Source: a virus (lineage: Duplodnaviria; Caudoviricetes). Taken from it: 54,346 nt of DNA. Positions within the stretch are counted from its first letter, which is position 1; each line of letters starts with the position of its first letter. Positions 16,701-25,402 of the stretch are shown one piece after another. The stretch is from the IMG/VR virus record IMGVR_UViG_3300032250_000088, positions 1 to 54,346 of that record; one strand, 5' to 3'. The translations under genes and the position numbers were made by a program. A model generated the notes under the pieces. The model worked only from the letters and a program-made list of their open reading frames with translations, did no database searches and had not been told where the DNA came from.

Positions 16701-18100
16701 AAGAAGGCGAAAAAGTTGACTATAGTGATCCTATATCAATGCTGAAATCTTTTGGCAAACAACAAAAGAGCAAAATGTCAGTAGACGCCGAGATAGCTGA
16801 CAATCGCAAAAAAGCAGCAGACGAACTAAAAGCCAGTGAAGACGGATTGAAAGCAACATCGGGAGGCAAACCTGTTGGTCCGCAGTCTGCACCTAGCATG
16901 ACCGGAAATAAAATTGAAGGTCTTGGCAAGATAGCAGCACAGTTTGAAAGTGGTGGCAAAGCAGGTACAGTTAGTTCGGGACACGGCGACTTTGGCGGCA
17001 AGAGTTATGGAGCCTTCCAACTTGCTGGTCGCGGCGGAGCAGCTGGTAACGAAGTTGACCAATTCTTGAAATCATCAGGATATGCTGACAAGTTTAAGGG
17101 TATGAAAGTTGGCAGCAAAGAGTTTGATGCAAAGTGGAAAGAGATGGGCGATGACAAAGACTTTGCCAAAGCGCAACAAGAACATGCCAAGAAAACTCAC
17201 TATGATCCACAGATGGAAAAATTAAAGAAGTCTGGTATTGATCTATCAGGTAAAGGACTAGGTGTTCAAGAAGCCGTGATGTCTACAGCAAATCAATACG
17301 GTGCTAATACTGAAACTATTATCAAAGCTCTCAAAGGCAAAGATACTGCCAAGATGTCTGACAAAGATATTATTAATGCTATTCAAGATTACAAAGCAGA
17401 AAATGTTAAAACAAACTTCAAGAGTAGTTCTGGTGCAGTACAGGCAGGAGTTGCTAAACGCATTGAACAAGAACGTGCAGCATTGTTAGGAGTTCAAGGA
17501 CCAACGGCTCAGGGACAGGTCAAGATGGAAGACGGAGTTAAAGTTAAGACTCCGTTAAAAGGAGGCACAGTTAAGACTGAAGATAGTCTTAAAAAAGGTG
17601 AGGAAATAGTTAACGATAAAAAACCTGTATCTAAGTCTGCAACACCGACAGCTACCCCAGCAGCGTCATCCGAAGAATATAAAATAAACGGTAGACCCGT
17701 TACCAAAGAACAGTATGATCAATTCATGAAAGCCAATCCAGAGTTGGCCAACATGGCAAAAGGTGCAGGAGCCCCAAGATCGGGCGCAAACCCAGTTACT
17801 CCTAGTTCTACACAAGCAGTTGAGCAAGCTTCTAAAGACAAAGAACAAGAAAAAGCCAAAGCAGCAGAACAAGAAAAAGCAGCCGCAGAGAAGGCAAGAA
17901 CTGAAATGGCTCAAAACGATCCACGAAGAGTCGACAAGAAGACTGCGCCAGGAGCAGGCCAAGAAACTCCTGAAAGCCTACTTGCTCAGTTAAATACTAA
18001 GATGGATCAATTGATACAGGTCAGTAGACGAACTGCCGATTTGAATGATAGGCAGTTAAGTGTGCAGAAAGGCCTAAGTAGTGATCTTTATAGTGGATAA
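13787..18100 (+). CDS. Tail tape measure protein with C-terminal muramidase-like domain, 1437 aa
   Basis: Long helical Ala/Gly-rich protein, hydrophobic segments, periodic aromatic residues; FESGG...GDFGGKSYGAFQL lysozyme-like motif from ~16922. Confidence 0.8.
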   Translation: MAEVTGNFGENPIELNNAATETTLKQLLAAMLVLAKSAGKDKKFEQDLEKELKRLAEESKKSADQQKKIAADQKKQATQEQKDAEQAHKDAERKAKADAAAVKATQEYEQAQKSAQSAIKNVGKELIDLASGMSQVLGALAGMDDSASKAAGALGQIPIVGGFLAKALGPAADAAEKVYDSFKKVSSVGAGFGGSFSQMIGAASGAGLTLDQFTGIVTKNAQGLAMFGGTTEEGAKRMANIGKTMKQSGLNDSLLRMGYSTEQINDGMASYISTMSRTGALRGMSDTQVAQASAKYMKELDGLARLTGQSREEKQKEMDELARDAQLNAAISHLSREEQEEARKLIASYPKQHQAAIKDMVATGNITSDAAIKFNAMMPQAAGKFMQMGRTLDAGGKLTKEATQGTYDAYLDEAKVARDRNKNLVKFNRDYDNEFSGIVEATGRQKGAHKKIAAEQEKQAADEKSSAEALGKFKQNIAVMGNQFLDSLQKNFINNGGMEALSKALGMMSKFAMDYVVPAFNMMINGISKVAGFLDNAFGPAITGAILVFAPLAGAIGAAIFALYQLVTASRALSAIQAMQAKQLAGGAVGKATDVLSGPAGKAGGTLSKMSDIFKSVLPSLGKFGSVMGSMFNVVGRVAGTLVRFLGPIGMAIGAIMLIKEGLEMFGVDLSGFTDAVMKPFAAVWEGLGDVLNTVSNFISDTFVDAFYTVSDFLENVFIGTFRFVSDTIEDYVAPAFQFIGDVISDHVMPIFEGIGNFLKDVWMSALDGASSAIKWVGDKFSALGSFISDKLSPVFSFFGEKIQSVSSFFTDLKNKMVFFARGFDSVGSVTTYLSQQFQEFSLFMKGISMGLRDKLSWLPGITAPSTAEKEALERERQELSDAKKDAEDKRNELAQKREEEAAKKEAARKAQRDAEDIATANKRAQRDDEIAQRRAKRDADYAKKKSDKENKAVDDKTAREKQAEEDKKAAEEGEKVDYSDPISMLKSFGKQQKSKMSVDAEIADNRKKAADELKASEDGLKATSGGKPVGPQSAPSMTGNKIEGLGKIAAQFESGGKAGTVSSGHGDFGGKSYGAFQLAGRGGAAGNEVDQFLKSSGYADKFKGMKVGSKEFDAKWKEMGDDKDFAKAQQEHAKKTHYDPQMEKLKKSGIDLSGKGLGVQEAVMSTANQYGANTETIIKALKGKDTAKMSDKDIINAIQDYKAENVKTNFKSSSGAVQAGVAKRIEQERAALLGVQGPTAQGQVKMEDGVKVKTPLKGGTVKTEDSLKKGEEIVNDKKPVSKSATPTATPAASSEEYKINGRPVTKEQYDQFMKANPELANMAKGAGAPRSGANPVTPSSTQAVEQASKDKEQEKAKAAEQEKAAAEKARTEMAQNDPRRVDKKTAPGAGQETPESLLAQLNTKMDQLIQVSRRTADLNDRQLSVQKGLSSDLYSG

Positions 18101-18106
18101 CCATAA

Positions 18107-19810
18107 ATGAGCTGGAAAAAATATTTTACTCCTGTAGATCTTGACAATAGAAAGTCTATGAGCCCTATGGGCAATGGCGGTCGCCCAGGTCCTGCACGAG
18201 CAAACTACAGTTCGTTCTTACCAGATGTATATGCAGGTTCACCAAATCGTGTTGAGCGTTATATGCAATACGACACCATGGACATGGACTCGGAAGTCAA
18301 TGCTGCTTTAGACATCCTTACAGAATTTTGCACACAGAAAGACAAAGAGAATGCAACTCCGTTCCATACATTCTTTCGCGGGCAACCAACTGCAACTGAA
18401 GTCAAACTGATTAAAGAAAGTCTACAAAAGTGGACCAAGCAGCAACAATTTGAAAATAGAATATTTAGAATTATTCGTAACACATTCAAATACGGTGACT
18501 GTTTCTTTGTTAGAGATCCGGAAACACAAAAGTGGTTGTATGTTGACGCAGCCAAAGTCACAAAAATTATCGTAAACGAAAGTGAAGGTAAAATTCCTGA
18601 ACAGTATGTTATCCGTGATATCAACTTTAACTTCAAAAATCTAGTAGCAGTAACACCGCACGGAACTACAAATACATCACCGAGCGGTACTAGTTCTTAT
18701 ACCAGCGGCGGTAGTCAAGGACGCGGCATGGTTGGTTCAGCAGCACAACCGCCAGGCACACGATTCCATAATCAAACGAATGAAGTAACTATTGACGCTA
18801 AAAATGTTGTACATATTTCATTAAGTGAAGGCTTAGATAATAACTATCCGTTTGGTAATAGTTTGTTGGAATCTGTGTTTAAAGTCTACAAGCAGAAAGA
18901 ATTGCTTGAAGATGCTATCATTATCTATCGTATACAAAGAGCTCCTGAGCGTAGAATATTTTATGTTGATGTTGGTAACATGCCAGCGCACATGGCTATG
19001 GCCTTTGTTGAACGAGTTAAAAACGAAATCCATCAACGCAGAATTCCTAGCTCAACAGGTGGTGGTCAAAACATGGTTGATGCCAGCTATAATCCACTTA
19101 GCGTAAGTGAAGACTATTTCTTTCCGCAAACAGCAGAAGGTCGTGGATCAAAAGTTGAAACACTGCCAGGCGGTACGAACCTAGGCGAAATCACAGATCT
19201 GCGTTACTTTACTAATAAGTTATTCCGTGCCCTAAGAATACCAGCAGCTTACTTGCCCACAGGCATTGACGAAGCTGCCAACACCATTGCAGATGGTAAA
19301 GTGGGTACAGCTTATATTCAAGAACTTAGATTCAACGAATATTGCAAAAGACTGCAAAGCAATATTGTAGAAACATTTGATCTAGAATTTAAACTATGGT
19401 TGCAAAACAACGGTATTAACATTGACAGCAGTTTGTTTGAACTGAAGTTCAATACTCCTCAGAACTTTGCTGCTTACCGTCAAGCAGAGATGGATACTGC
19501 TCGTGCAGCTACATTTGCCACACTGCAAGAACTGCCACATTTGAGCAAGCGATTTGCACTCAAGCGTTTCTTAGGACTCACAGAAGAAGAGATCAAAGAA
19601 AACGAACGCCTGTGGAGAGAAGAACAAGGCAACAACCTAACAGCACCAATGGATGCTCCAGGAGCCATGCGCTCAGTAGGCATTACACCGGGCGGCATGG
19701 GTGCAGAAGCCCAAGAGCCCGAAGCTGATCCAGCTATGGCAGCTGCCGCAGAAGCAGGTGCTGCACCCGCTGAGGGCGAAGCTGCGCCAGCAGACGCTCC
19801 AATAGCCTAA
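18107..19810 (+). CDS. gp20: Portal protein
   Basis: LLEDAIIIYRIQRAPERRIFYVDVGNMP, EDYFFP...GRGSKVETLPGG, LFRALRIP. Confidence 0.97.
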   Translation: MSWKKYFTPVDLDNRKSMSPMGNGGRPGPARANYSSFLPDVYAGSPNRVERYMQYDTMDMDSEVNAALDILTEFCTQKDKENATPFHTFFRGQPTATEVKLIKESLQKWTKQQQFENRIFRIIRNTFKYGDCFFVRDPETQKWLYVDAAKVTKIIVNESEGKIPEQYVIRDINFNFKNLVAVTPHGTTNTSPSGTSSYTSGGSQGRGMVGSAAQPPGTRFHNQTNEVTIDAKNVVHISLSEGLDNNYPFGNSLLESVFKVYKQKELLEDAIIIYRIQRAPERRIFYVDVGNMPAHMAMAFVERVKNEIHQRRIPSSTGGGQNMVDASYNPLSVSEDYFFPQTAEGRGSKVETLPGGTNLGEITDLRYFTNKLFRALRIPAAYLPTGIDEAANTIADGKVGTAYIQELRFNEYCKRLQSNIVETFDLEFKLWLQNNGINIDSSLFELKFNTPQNFAAYRQAEMDTARAATFATLQELPHLSKRFALKRFLGLTEEEIKENERLWREEQGNNLTAPMDAPGAMRSVGITPGGMGAEAQEPEADPAMAAAAEAGAAPAEGEAAPADAPIA

Positions 19811-19813
19811 CGA

Positions 19814-19821
19814 TATAAATA
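19814..19821 (+). promoter_or_regulatory. Late promoter (TATAAATA)
   Basis: Perfect consensus, 5 nt before ATG 19827. Confidence 0.75.
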
Positions 19822-19826
19822 CAGAT

Positions 19827-20075
19827 ATGCTTCTAAGAGAGTTCTTTTATTTTAACGACAACCAAAACGATTTTGCCAATGATCGTCGCTATGATGCCTC
19901 TCGCGACAAATCTGTACTAGAAAAAGACGACACTCGTAAGATTAAACTTACACTTCGTCAAATCAACCAGCTAAGACATCAAACTGAAGCACACGAGTTT
20001 GAAACAGAGTCTGAGCGTGGTTTTATTAAACAGATGTATGGTACAAAAGTTGAAGCAGAACAGTCAGCCGCATAA
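19827..20075 (+). CDS. Small head-module protein, 82 aa
   Basis: Late promoter directly upstream; MLLRE leader; lies between portal and core genes. Confidence 0.7.
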   Translation: MLLREFFYFNDNQNDFANDRRYDASRDKSVLEKDDTRKIKLTLRQINQLRHQTEAHEFETESERGFIKQMYGTKVEAEQSAA

Positions 20076-20688
20076 TGTTGCCTTTGTATTAGGCAACGGA
20101 ACAAGCAGAAAAAACCTAAAACTAGACGAAATAAAAAATCGTGGAACTATCTACGGGTGCAATGCCCTATATAGAGAGTTTGAACCTGACTACCTAATAG
20201 CAGTTGACACCAAAATGGTCAACGAAATCATTGCCGCAGGCTACCATAAAGATCATCAAGTTTGGACGAACCCCAATAAAGGTATTACTAGCAAGAGTCA
20301 TATAAACTTTTTTAGCCCGCACAAAGGGTGGAGCAGCGGCCCAACAGCATTGTGGTTTGCCTGTCAGCAACCTTACTCACAGATCTATATCTTTGGATTT
20401 GATTATCAAGGACTAGAAGGCAAATTTAATAACATGTATGCAGACACTTTTAACTATAAAAAGAGCAATGACGCTGCAACATTCTTTGGTAACTGGCTAA
20501 GTCAAACTGAAAAAACTGTTAAAGAATTCAAGAACATAAACTTCTTTAGAGTAATGGAACCGGGGCAATTTGTTCCAGACAAGCTGCAAGGCATCCCCAA
20601 CCTTCAGCATATCACCTACGAGAATTTTGAACAAAAATTCAAGGGTAGTACTTATACTACTGAAAACCTTCAAAAAACTAGCATTTAA
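19999..20688 (+). CDS. Putative glycosyltransferase-like protein (Maf/DUF115/sialyltransferase-like Rossmann fold); start probably later (e.g. TTG 20050)
   Basis: VLGNGTSR, IYGCNA, PDYLIAVD, SSG, IYIFGFD motifs. Confidence 0.55.
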   Translation: MKQSLSVVLLNRCMVQKLKQNSQPHNVAFVLGNGTSRKNLKLDEIKNRGTIYGCNALYREFEPDYLIAVDTKMVNEIIAAGYHKDHQVWTNPNKGITSKSHINFFSPHKGWSSGPTALWFACQQPYSQIYIFGFDYQGLEGKFNNMYADTFNYKKSNDAATFFGNWLSQTEKTVKEFKNINFFRVMEPGQFVPDKLQGIPNLQHITYENFEQKFKGSTYTTENLQKTSI

Positions 20689-20748
20689 CACCGTTTTGTA
20701 ATCTTAGTGTTAAATAAAATACAGCCTAACAATCAAGGAGAATACACC

Positions 20749-21618
20749 ATGGCAGACAAGAATATTCTTGAGCAGATGCTTGGACATCTGGTCAATGACG
20801 ACAAACAAAAAGCAGAGGAACTATTCCACGAGTATGTAGTTGCAAAATCTCGTGAGATCTACGAAAATCTAATCGAAGCTGAAATGACGGCCGACGATGA
20901 AGAGGAATCAGAAGATCCAACTGATCCAAAAGTTAAAGAAGAATCAGAAGTTGATGAAGAAAACGATTTGGACGAAGAATTTGAAGAAGTTGCCTACGAA
21001 GGCGATGATGAAATGTCAGATATGGGCGGTGACCCAACAGATGACCTAGCAGGCGAAATGGGACCAGAAGAAGAAGAAGGCGGTGACGAGTTTGCTGACA
21101 AAGATCCTGAAGAACTATTCCAAGATCTAGACAGCATCGTTGACGAACTTCAAGCTAAGTTTGATGCGATGAACGGCGGTGACGACATGGGCGACATGGG
21201 CGACATGGGCGGTGACGACGAAATGAAAGACGACTTTGATCTAGCAACAGTTCGTGAGTATGTTGAGAAAGTTCCAGCAGGTCACGGCGCAGAAAAGAAA
21301 GGTCAAGGCGAAAAAGCTGACGGTTCTGCAACTGGTCTAAAGTTCAGCAAGAACGATATGGGCGGAACAAGTGCTAACATCCTAAGCGGTAAGAACGGCC
21401 AAGACGGCGGTGAAGTTGGCAAAGCTGGCGGACAATTAAAAGGTTCCGGTCTTCTAAAAGGTAACCCACAGTTGCAAGACGGTGGTAATGTAAATACTCC
21501 TGGTGCTAAGAATGGCAATGCATTCTCTACTAAAGAGCCAGGACACGGTGCTGAGAAAGCAGGTTCTAAGGAATCCGCAGACAAGAGCGCCGCAGGTCTT
21601 TTCCGTGGTCGTAGATAA
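20749..21618 (+). CDS. Acidic prohead core protein (gp67/68-like position)
   Basis: AAGGAG SD before ATG 20749; GTTAAATA at 20709; very D/E-rich; directly upstream of gp21. Confidence 0.65.
   Translation: MADKNILEQMLGHLVNDDKQKAEELFHEYVVAKSREIYENLIEAEMTADDEEESEDPTDPKVKEESEVDEENDLDEEFEEVAYEGDDEMSDMGGDPTDDLAGEMGPEEEEGGDEFADKDPEELFQDLDSIVDELQAKFDAMNGGDDMGDMGDMGGDDEMKDDFDLATVREYVEKVPAGHGAEKKGQGEKADGSATGLKFSKNDMGGTSANILSGKNGQDGGEVGKAGGQLKGSGLLKGNPQLQDGGNVNTPGAKNGNAFSTKEPGHGAEKAGSKESADKSAAGLFRGRR
21184..21210 (+). repeat. 3x9-nt in-frame repeat GACATGGGC (DMG)
   Basis: Direct reading of sequence. Confidence 0.9.
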
Positions 21619-21627
21619 TAGGACAAC

Positions 21628-22257
21628 ATGGTGAAAAACTATCTTAGCGAACATTTGAATTTCGACCAAGCCAAGATTGTATTGGAGAGCGAGGAAGAGG
21701 GCGGCCGAAAGTCGCTCCACATGAATGGTATCTGTATCCAGGGTGATATCCGAAATCAGAACCAGCGTGTTTATTCTTCACAAGAGATTGGCAGGGCTGT
21801 CAAAACGCTCAACCAGCAGATCGAAGGTGGATATTCAGTTCTTGGGGAAGTTGATCACCCATCAGATTTAAAAATTAACCTAGACCGCGTCAGCCACATG
21901 ATCACAAAAATGTGGATGGACGGTCCTAACGGCTACGGAAAACTTAAAATCCTTCCAACTCCAATGGGTCAGTTGATTCAGACCATGTTGGAGTCGGGAG
22001 TAAAGTTGGGAGTTTCCAGTCGCGGCTCAGGCGAAGTTGACAGCAGCGGTAATGTTCAAGGTTTTGAAATTATTACTGTTGACATTGTTGCCCAACCAAG
22101 CGCCCCGGGAGCATATCCAACTCCAGTTTACGAACATTTAATGAATACATTAGGTGGAAATAAGGCATTAAACATATCAAGAGAAGTCCAAGGCGATCCA
22201 AAGGCACAGAAATACATAGCAGAGAGCTTGGTGAAGATCATCAAGGGTCTCAAATAA
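21628..22257 (+). CDS. gp21: Prohead protease
   Basis: NQNQRVY, LGEVDHP, INLDRVSH, LGVSSRGSG, DIVAQPSAPGA. Confidence 0.95.
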   Translation: MVKNYLSEHLNFDQAKIVLESEEEGGRKSLHMNGICIQGDIRNQNQRVYSSQEIGRAVKTLNQQIEGGYSVLGEVDHPSDLKINLDRVSHMITKMWMDGPNGYGKLKILPTPMGQLIQTMLESGVKLGVSSRGSGEVDSSGNVQGFEIITVDIVAQPSAPGAYPTPVYEHLMNTLGGNKALNISREVQGDPKAQKYIAESLVKIIKGLK

Positions 22258-22272
22258 CAGTAGGAGAATCAC

Positions 22273-23370
22273 ATGCTAGATTTCGTAAAAAAATTGTTTG
22301 AAGACAATGTGATTTCCGAAGAAATGAAATCGGAAATTGAGTCTGCCTGGCAAGGCAGAATCGAAGAAAACCGTGAACAAGTCACTGCAATGCTACGTGA
22401 AGAATTTGCTCAGAAATATGAGCACGACAAATCCACATTGGTAGAAGCTGTTGAATCTATGTTAGCTGACCGCTTGTCAGCTGAACTAGGTGAACTAGCA
22501 GAAGACCGTCAAGGACTAATCGAAGCAAGAGCTCGTTATGCAAAAAAGATGAAAGACGATTCCAAAGCAATGGAATCTTTTATCATGAATAATTTGCAAA
22601 AAGAAATTGCTGAACTACACGAAGACCGTTCAAAGGTAGCAGGAAATGTTAGTCAATTAGAATCCTTTATTGTGGACGCACTGGCGAAAGAAATCGCAGA
22701 ATTCCACAGCGATAAGAAAGACCTAGCTGAAACCAAAGTTAAATTGGTTCGCGAAAGCAAAGCTAAGTTTGAAGCTATCAAGAAAGAATTCATTGCTCGT
22801 TCAAGTCAAATCATTGAAGAAACAGTCTCTAAAGGACTAAAGTCTGAAATGAAACAATTGAAGGAAGACATTGAAGCAGCCCGCAGAAATGACTTTGGTC
22901 GCAGAATATTCGAAAGTTTTGCAAGCGAATATGCAGCTAGCCATCTCAATGAGAAATCAGAGACAGCTAAACTTCTAAAAGTTCTTACACAAAGAGAACA
23001 AGAATTAGAAGAAGCAGCAAAGATCGTTGCAGATACACAAAAGTTAGTAGAAAGTCGTGAAGCACAATTACGCATGGCAAAAGACACAATGGCACGCAAA
23101 GAAGTTATGAGCGAATTGCTAAACCCATTATCTGGAGACAAGAAAGTAGTTATGCGTGAACTGTTAGAATCAGTTCAAACAGACAAACTAAGAAATGCTT
23201 ATGACAAGTACCTACCTTCAGTAATGAACGGTGGCAGTGCTCCGGTCAAAAAAGCGTTGACAGAAGGCAAAGAAATTACAGGCGATAAGAATCAGGCACA
23301 ACAATTTAGCAGTGAAGAAAAAACTGCTGAAATTTTTGACATCCGCAGGCTTGCGGGACTAAAAGTTTAA
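22273..23370 (+). CDS. gp22: Prohead core scaffolding protein
   Basis: Coiled-coil, E/K-rich protein between gp21 and gp23; GRRIFESF motif. Confidence 0.85.
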   Translation: MLDFVKKLFEDNVISEEMKSEIESAWQGRIEENREQVTAMLREEFAQKYEHDKSTLVEAVESMLADRLSAELGELAEDRQGLIEARARYAKKMKDDSKAMESFIMNNLQKEIAELHEDRSKVAGNVSQLESFIVDALAKEIAEFHSDKKDLAETKVKLVRESKAKFEAIKKEFIARSSQIIEETVSKGLKSEMKQLKEDIEAARRNDFGRRIFESFASEYAASHLNEKSETAKLLKVLTQREQELEEAAKIVADTQKLVESREAQLRMAKDTMARKEVMSELLNPLSGDKKVVMRELLESVQTDKLRNAYDKYLPSVMNGGSAPVKKALTEGKEITGDKNQAQQFSSEEKTAEIFDIRRLAGLKV

Positions 23371-23381
23371 GGAGAACTACT

Positions 23382-24554
23382 ATGTCACAATTACTCGAGT
23401 CACGCTGGTCGGAGACCAAAGACGCCCTTTTAGAAGGACTTCAAGGTAACAAGCGTTCAGTAATGGCAACTACTCTAGAGAATACCCGCAAGTATCTCGC
23501 AGAAAGTGCTACTGCTGGAGCAACTTCCGCTGGCAACGTTGCAACACTTAACCGTGTTATTCTACCCGTCATCAGACGTGTAATGCCAACCGTTATCGCT
23601 AACGAGTTGGTTGGTGTCCAGCCAATGACTGGCCCAGTTGGTCAAATTCACACATTGCGTGTGCGTTATGCCGACAGTTTCAACAGCACAAACGGTACAG
23701 ATGTAACCGCTGGTGATGAAGCACTAAGCCCATTCAAGATTGCTGAAGGCTACTCTGGTGCTGCTGCTACTGACAGAGCTGCTTCTACAGCCGCTTTAGA
23801 AGGTGTAGCTGGTAACAGAATGAGCATCCAAATCTTGAAACAAACCGTCGAAGCTAAGACACGCAAGTTGTCAGCTCGTTGGACGTTTGAAGCTGCTCAA
23901 GATGCACAAGCCCAACAAGGCATTGACATCGAAGCAGAAATCATGGCTGCTCTAGCACAAGAAATTACTGCTGAAATCGACCAAGAAGTTATTGCTTCTT
24001 TGAACAGCCTAGCTGGTACAGTTTTAACTTATGACCAAGCTGCTGTTTCTGGTACTGCTACATTCGTTGGTGACGAACACGCTGCTCTAGCTGTTCAAAT
24101 CAATCGTGCAGCTAACTTGATCGCTCAGCGTACACGTCGTGGTGCTGGTAACTACGCTGTTGTATCTCCAACAGTATTGACATTGCTACAAAGCGCAACA
24201 ACTTCTGCGTTTGCAAGAACAACAGAAGGCACATTCGAAGCTCCTACAAACACCAAGTTTGTTGGTACATTGAACAGCGCAATGAAAGTTTATGTTAACG
24301 GTTACGCAACAACTGATAACGTTCTTATCGGTTACAAAGGTTCTAGCGAGTCTGATGCTCCAGCATTCTACTGCCCATACATTCCATTGATGAGCAGCGG
24401 TGTTGTTCTTGACCCAGCAACTTTCGAACCAGTCGTATCATTCATGACACGATATGGTTATGTTGAGTTGACAAATACAGCTTCTTCTCTAGGTAACGCA
24501 GCTGACTACCTAGCTAAAGTTGATGTAACTTCCGCTAACCTACGTTTCGCTTAA
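23382..24554 (+). CDS. gp23: Major capsid protein
   Basis: RRVMPTVIANELVGVQPMTGPVGQI, VEAKTRKLSARWTFEAAQD, EITAEIDQE, FYCPYIPL, FMTRYG. Confidence 0.97.
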   Translation: MSQLLESRWSETKDALLEGLQGNKRSVMATTLENTRKYLAESATAGATSAGNVATLNRVILPVIRRVMPTVIANELVGVQPMTGPVGQIHTLRVRYADSFNSTNGTDVTAGDEALSPFKIAEGYSGAAATDRAASTAALEGVAGNRMSIQILKQTVEAKTRKLSARWTFEAAQDAQAQQGIDIEAEIMAALAQEITAEIDQEVIASLNSLAGTVLTYDQAAVSGTATFVGDEHAALAVQINRAANLIAQRTRRGAGNYAVVSPTVLTLLQSATTSAFARTTEGTFEAPTNTKFVGTLNSAMKVYVNGYATTDNVLIGYKGSSESDAPAFYCPYIPLMSSGVVLDPATFEPVVSFMTRYGYVELTNTASSLGNAADYLAKVDVTSANLRFA

Positions 24555-24578
24555 TCAGCAAGCGTATTACGCAAATCC

Positions 24579-24602
24579 AAAAAGGCTCTTCGGAGCCTTT
24601 TT
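24579..24602 (+). terminator. Rho-independent terminator after gp23
   Basis: AAAAAGGCTC-TTCG-GAGCCTTTTT with C(UUCG)G loop. Confidence 0.92.
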
Positions 24603-24620
24603 GTTTGACTTAAATATCAG

Positions 24621-24890
24621 ATGAAAATAGAAAGCGATAAAGACTTTGAACAACTTCGAGCTCAGTTTGCTGGCTGGCGCAAACGCTTTCCTATGTTTAC
24701 ACACGATGTGCAACGAATTGAAAAAATGATCAACGAGCACATACAAACACACAGTAAAATTATGGTGTTGCATCGACAGACTAAGAATAGAAGTCACTTA
24801 GAAAAAGCTCAACAGGAGATAGATGCTATCAATAAAATAATAGACACTGTGGAAAAAATGGAACTAATGGCTATGCTGAGCCGCGGATAA
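24621..24890 (+). CDS. Hypothetical helical protein, 89 aa
   Basis: Fills gap after terminator; CTTAAATA at 24609-24616. Confidence 0.7.
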   Translation: MKIESDKDFEQLRAQFAGWRKRFPMFTHDVQRIEKMINEHIQTHSKIMVLHRQTKNRSHLEKAQQEIDAINKIIDTVEKMELMAMLSRG

Positions 24891-24962
24891 ATAAAGTATC
24901 TAGAATTTATTATGCGGCTCCCACCGCGTATGACCTAGAACGTCAATCATAAGGAGAAACAA

Positions 24963-25385
24963 ATGGGACGTCCAATTAACAAAAGATTTTTCGGTGGTAT
25001 TATAGGCTCATCAGCAGACATTACCAATAACATTCCAGTAGAGGCAGCATTCATTGCTGGCACCGCAAGAACAGCGCATGAGGGAAATGCTGAAATTCAT
25101 ATTGTAAAACAAAAATCAGCTCGTAAATTTGAAGTCAAAGGTCACGATGATGTTCCTGCAGCAATTTGTCGTTTAGTCGATAAAGCAAACTGGGACGATT
25201 CATCCACAGTTACAGAAGGTCAAATGGTAATTATTGGTTATTATAACGGTCAAGCAAAAACATTGCGTTCATTGACTAACAAGATTGCCACAGACTTTAA
25301 CAGTGTTCGCTATAAGTGGGCTATTAACTCTGGTGTAGGCGATGACTCTTCTACCACAAACGTTATTATTTTAACACTACCATAA
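24963..25385 (+). CDS. Putative virion protein, 140 aa
   Basis: GATAAATA at 24886, TAAGGAG SD, first gene of appendage cluster. Confidence 0.7.
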   Translation: MGRPINKRFFGGIIGSSADITNNIPVEAAFIAGTARTAHEGNAEIHIVKQKSARKFEVKGHDDVPAAICRLVDKANWDDSSTVTEGQMVIIGYYNGQAKTLRSLTNKIATDFNSVRYKWAINSGVGDDSSTTNVIILTLP

Positions 25386-25402
25386 TAGTTTAGGAATAAG
25401 CA

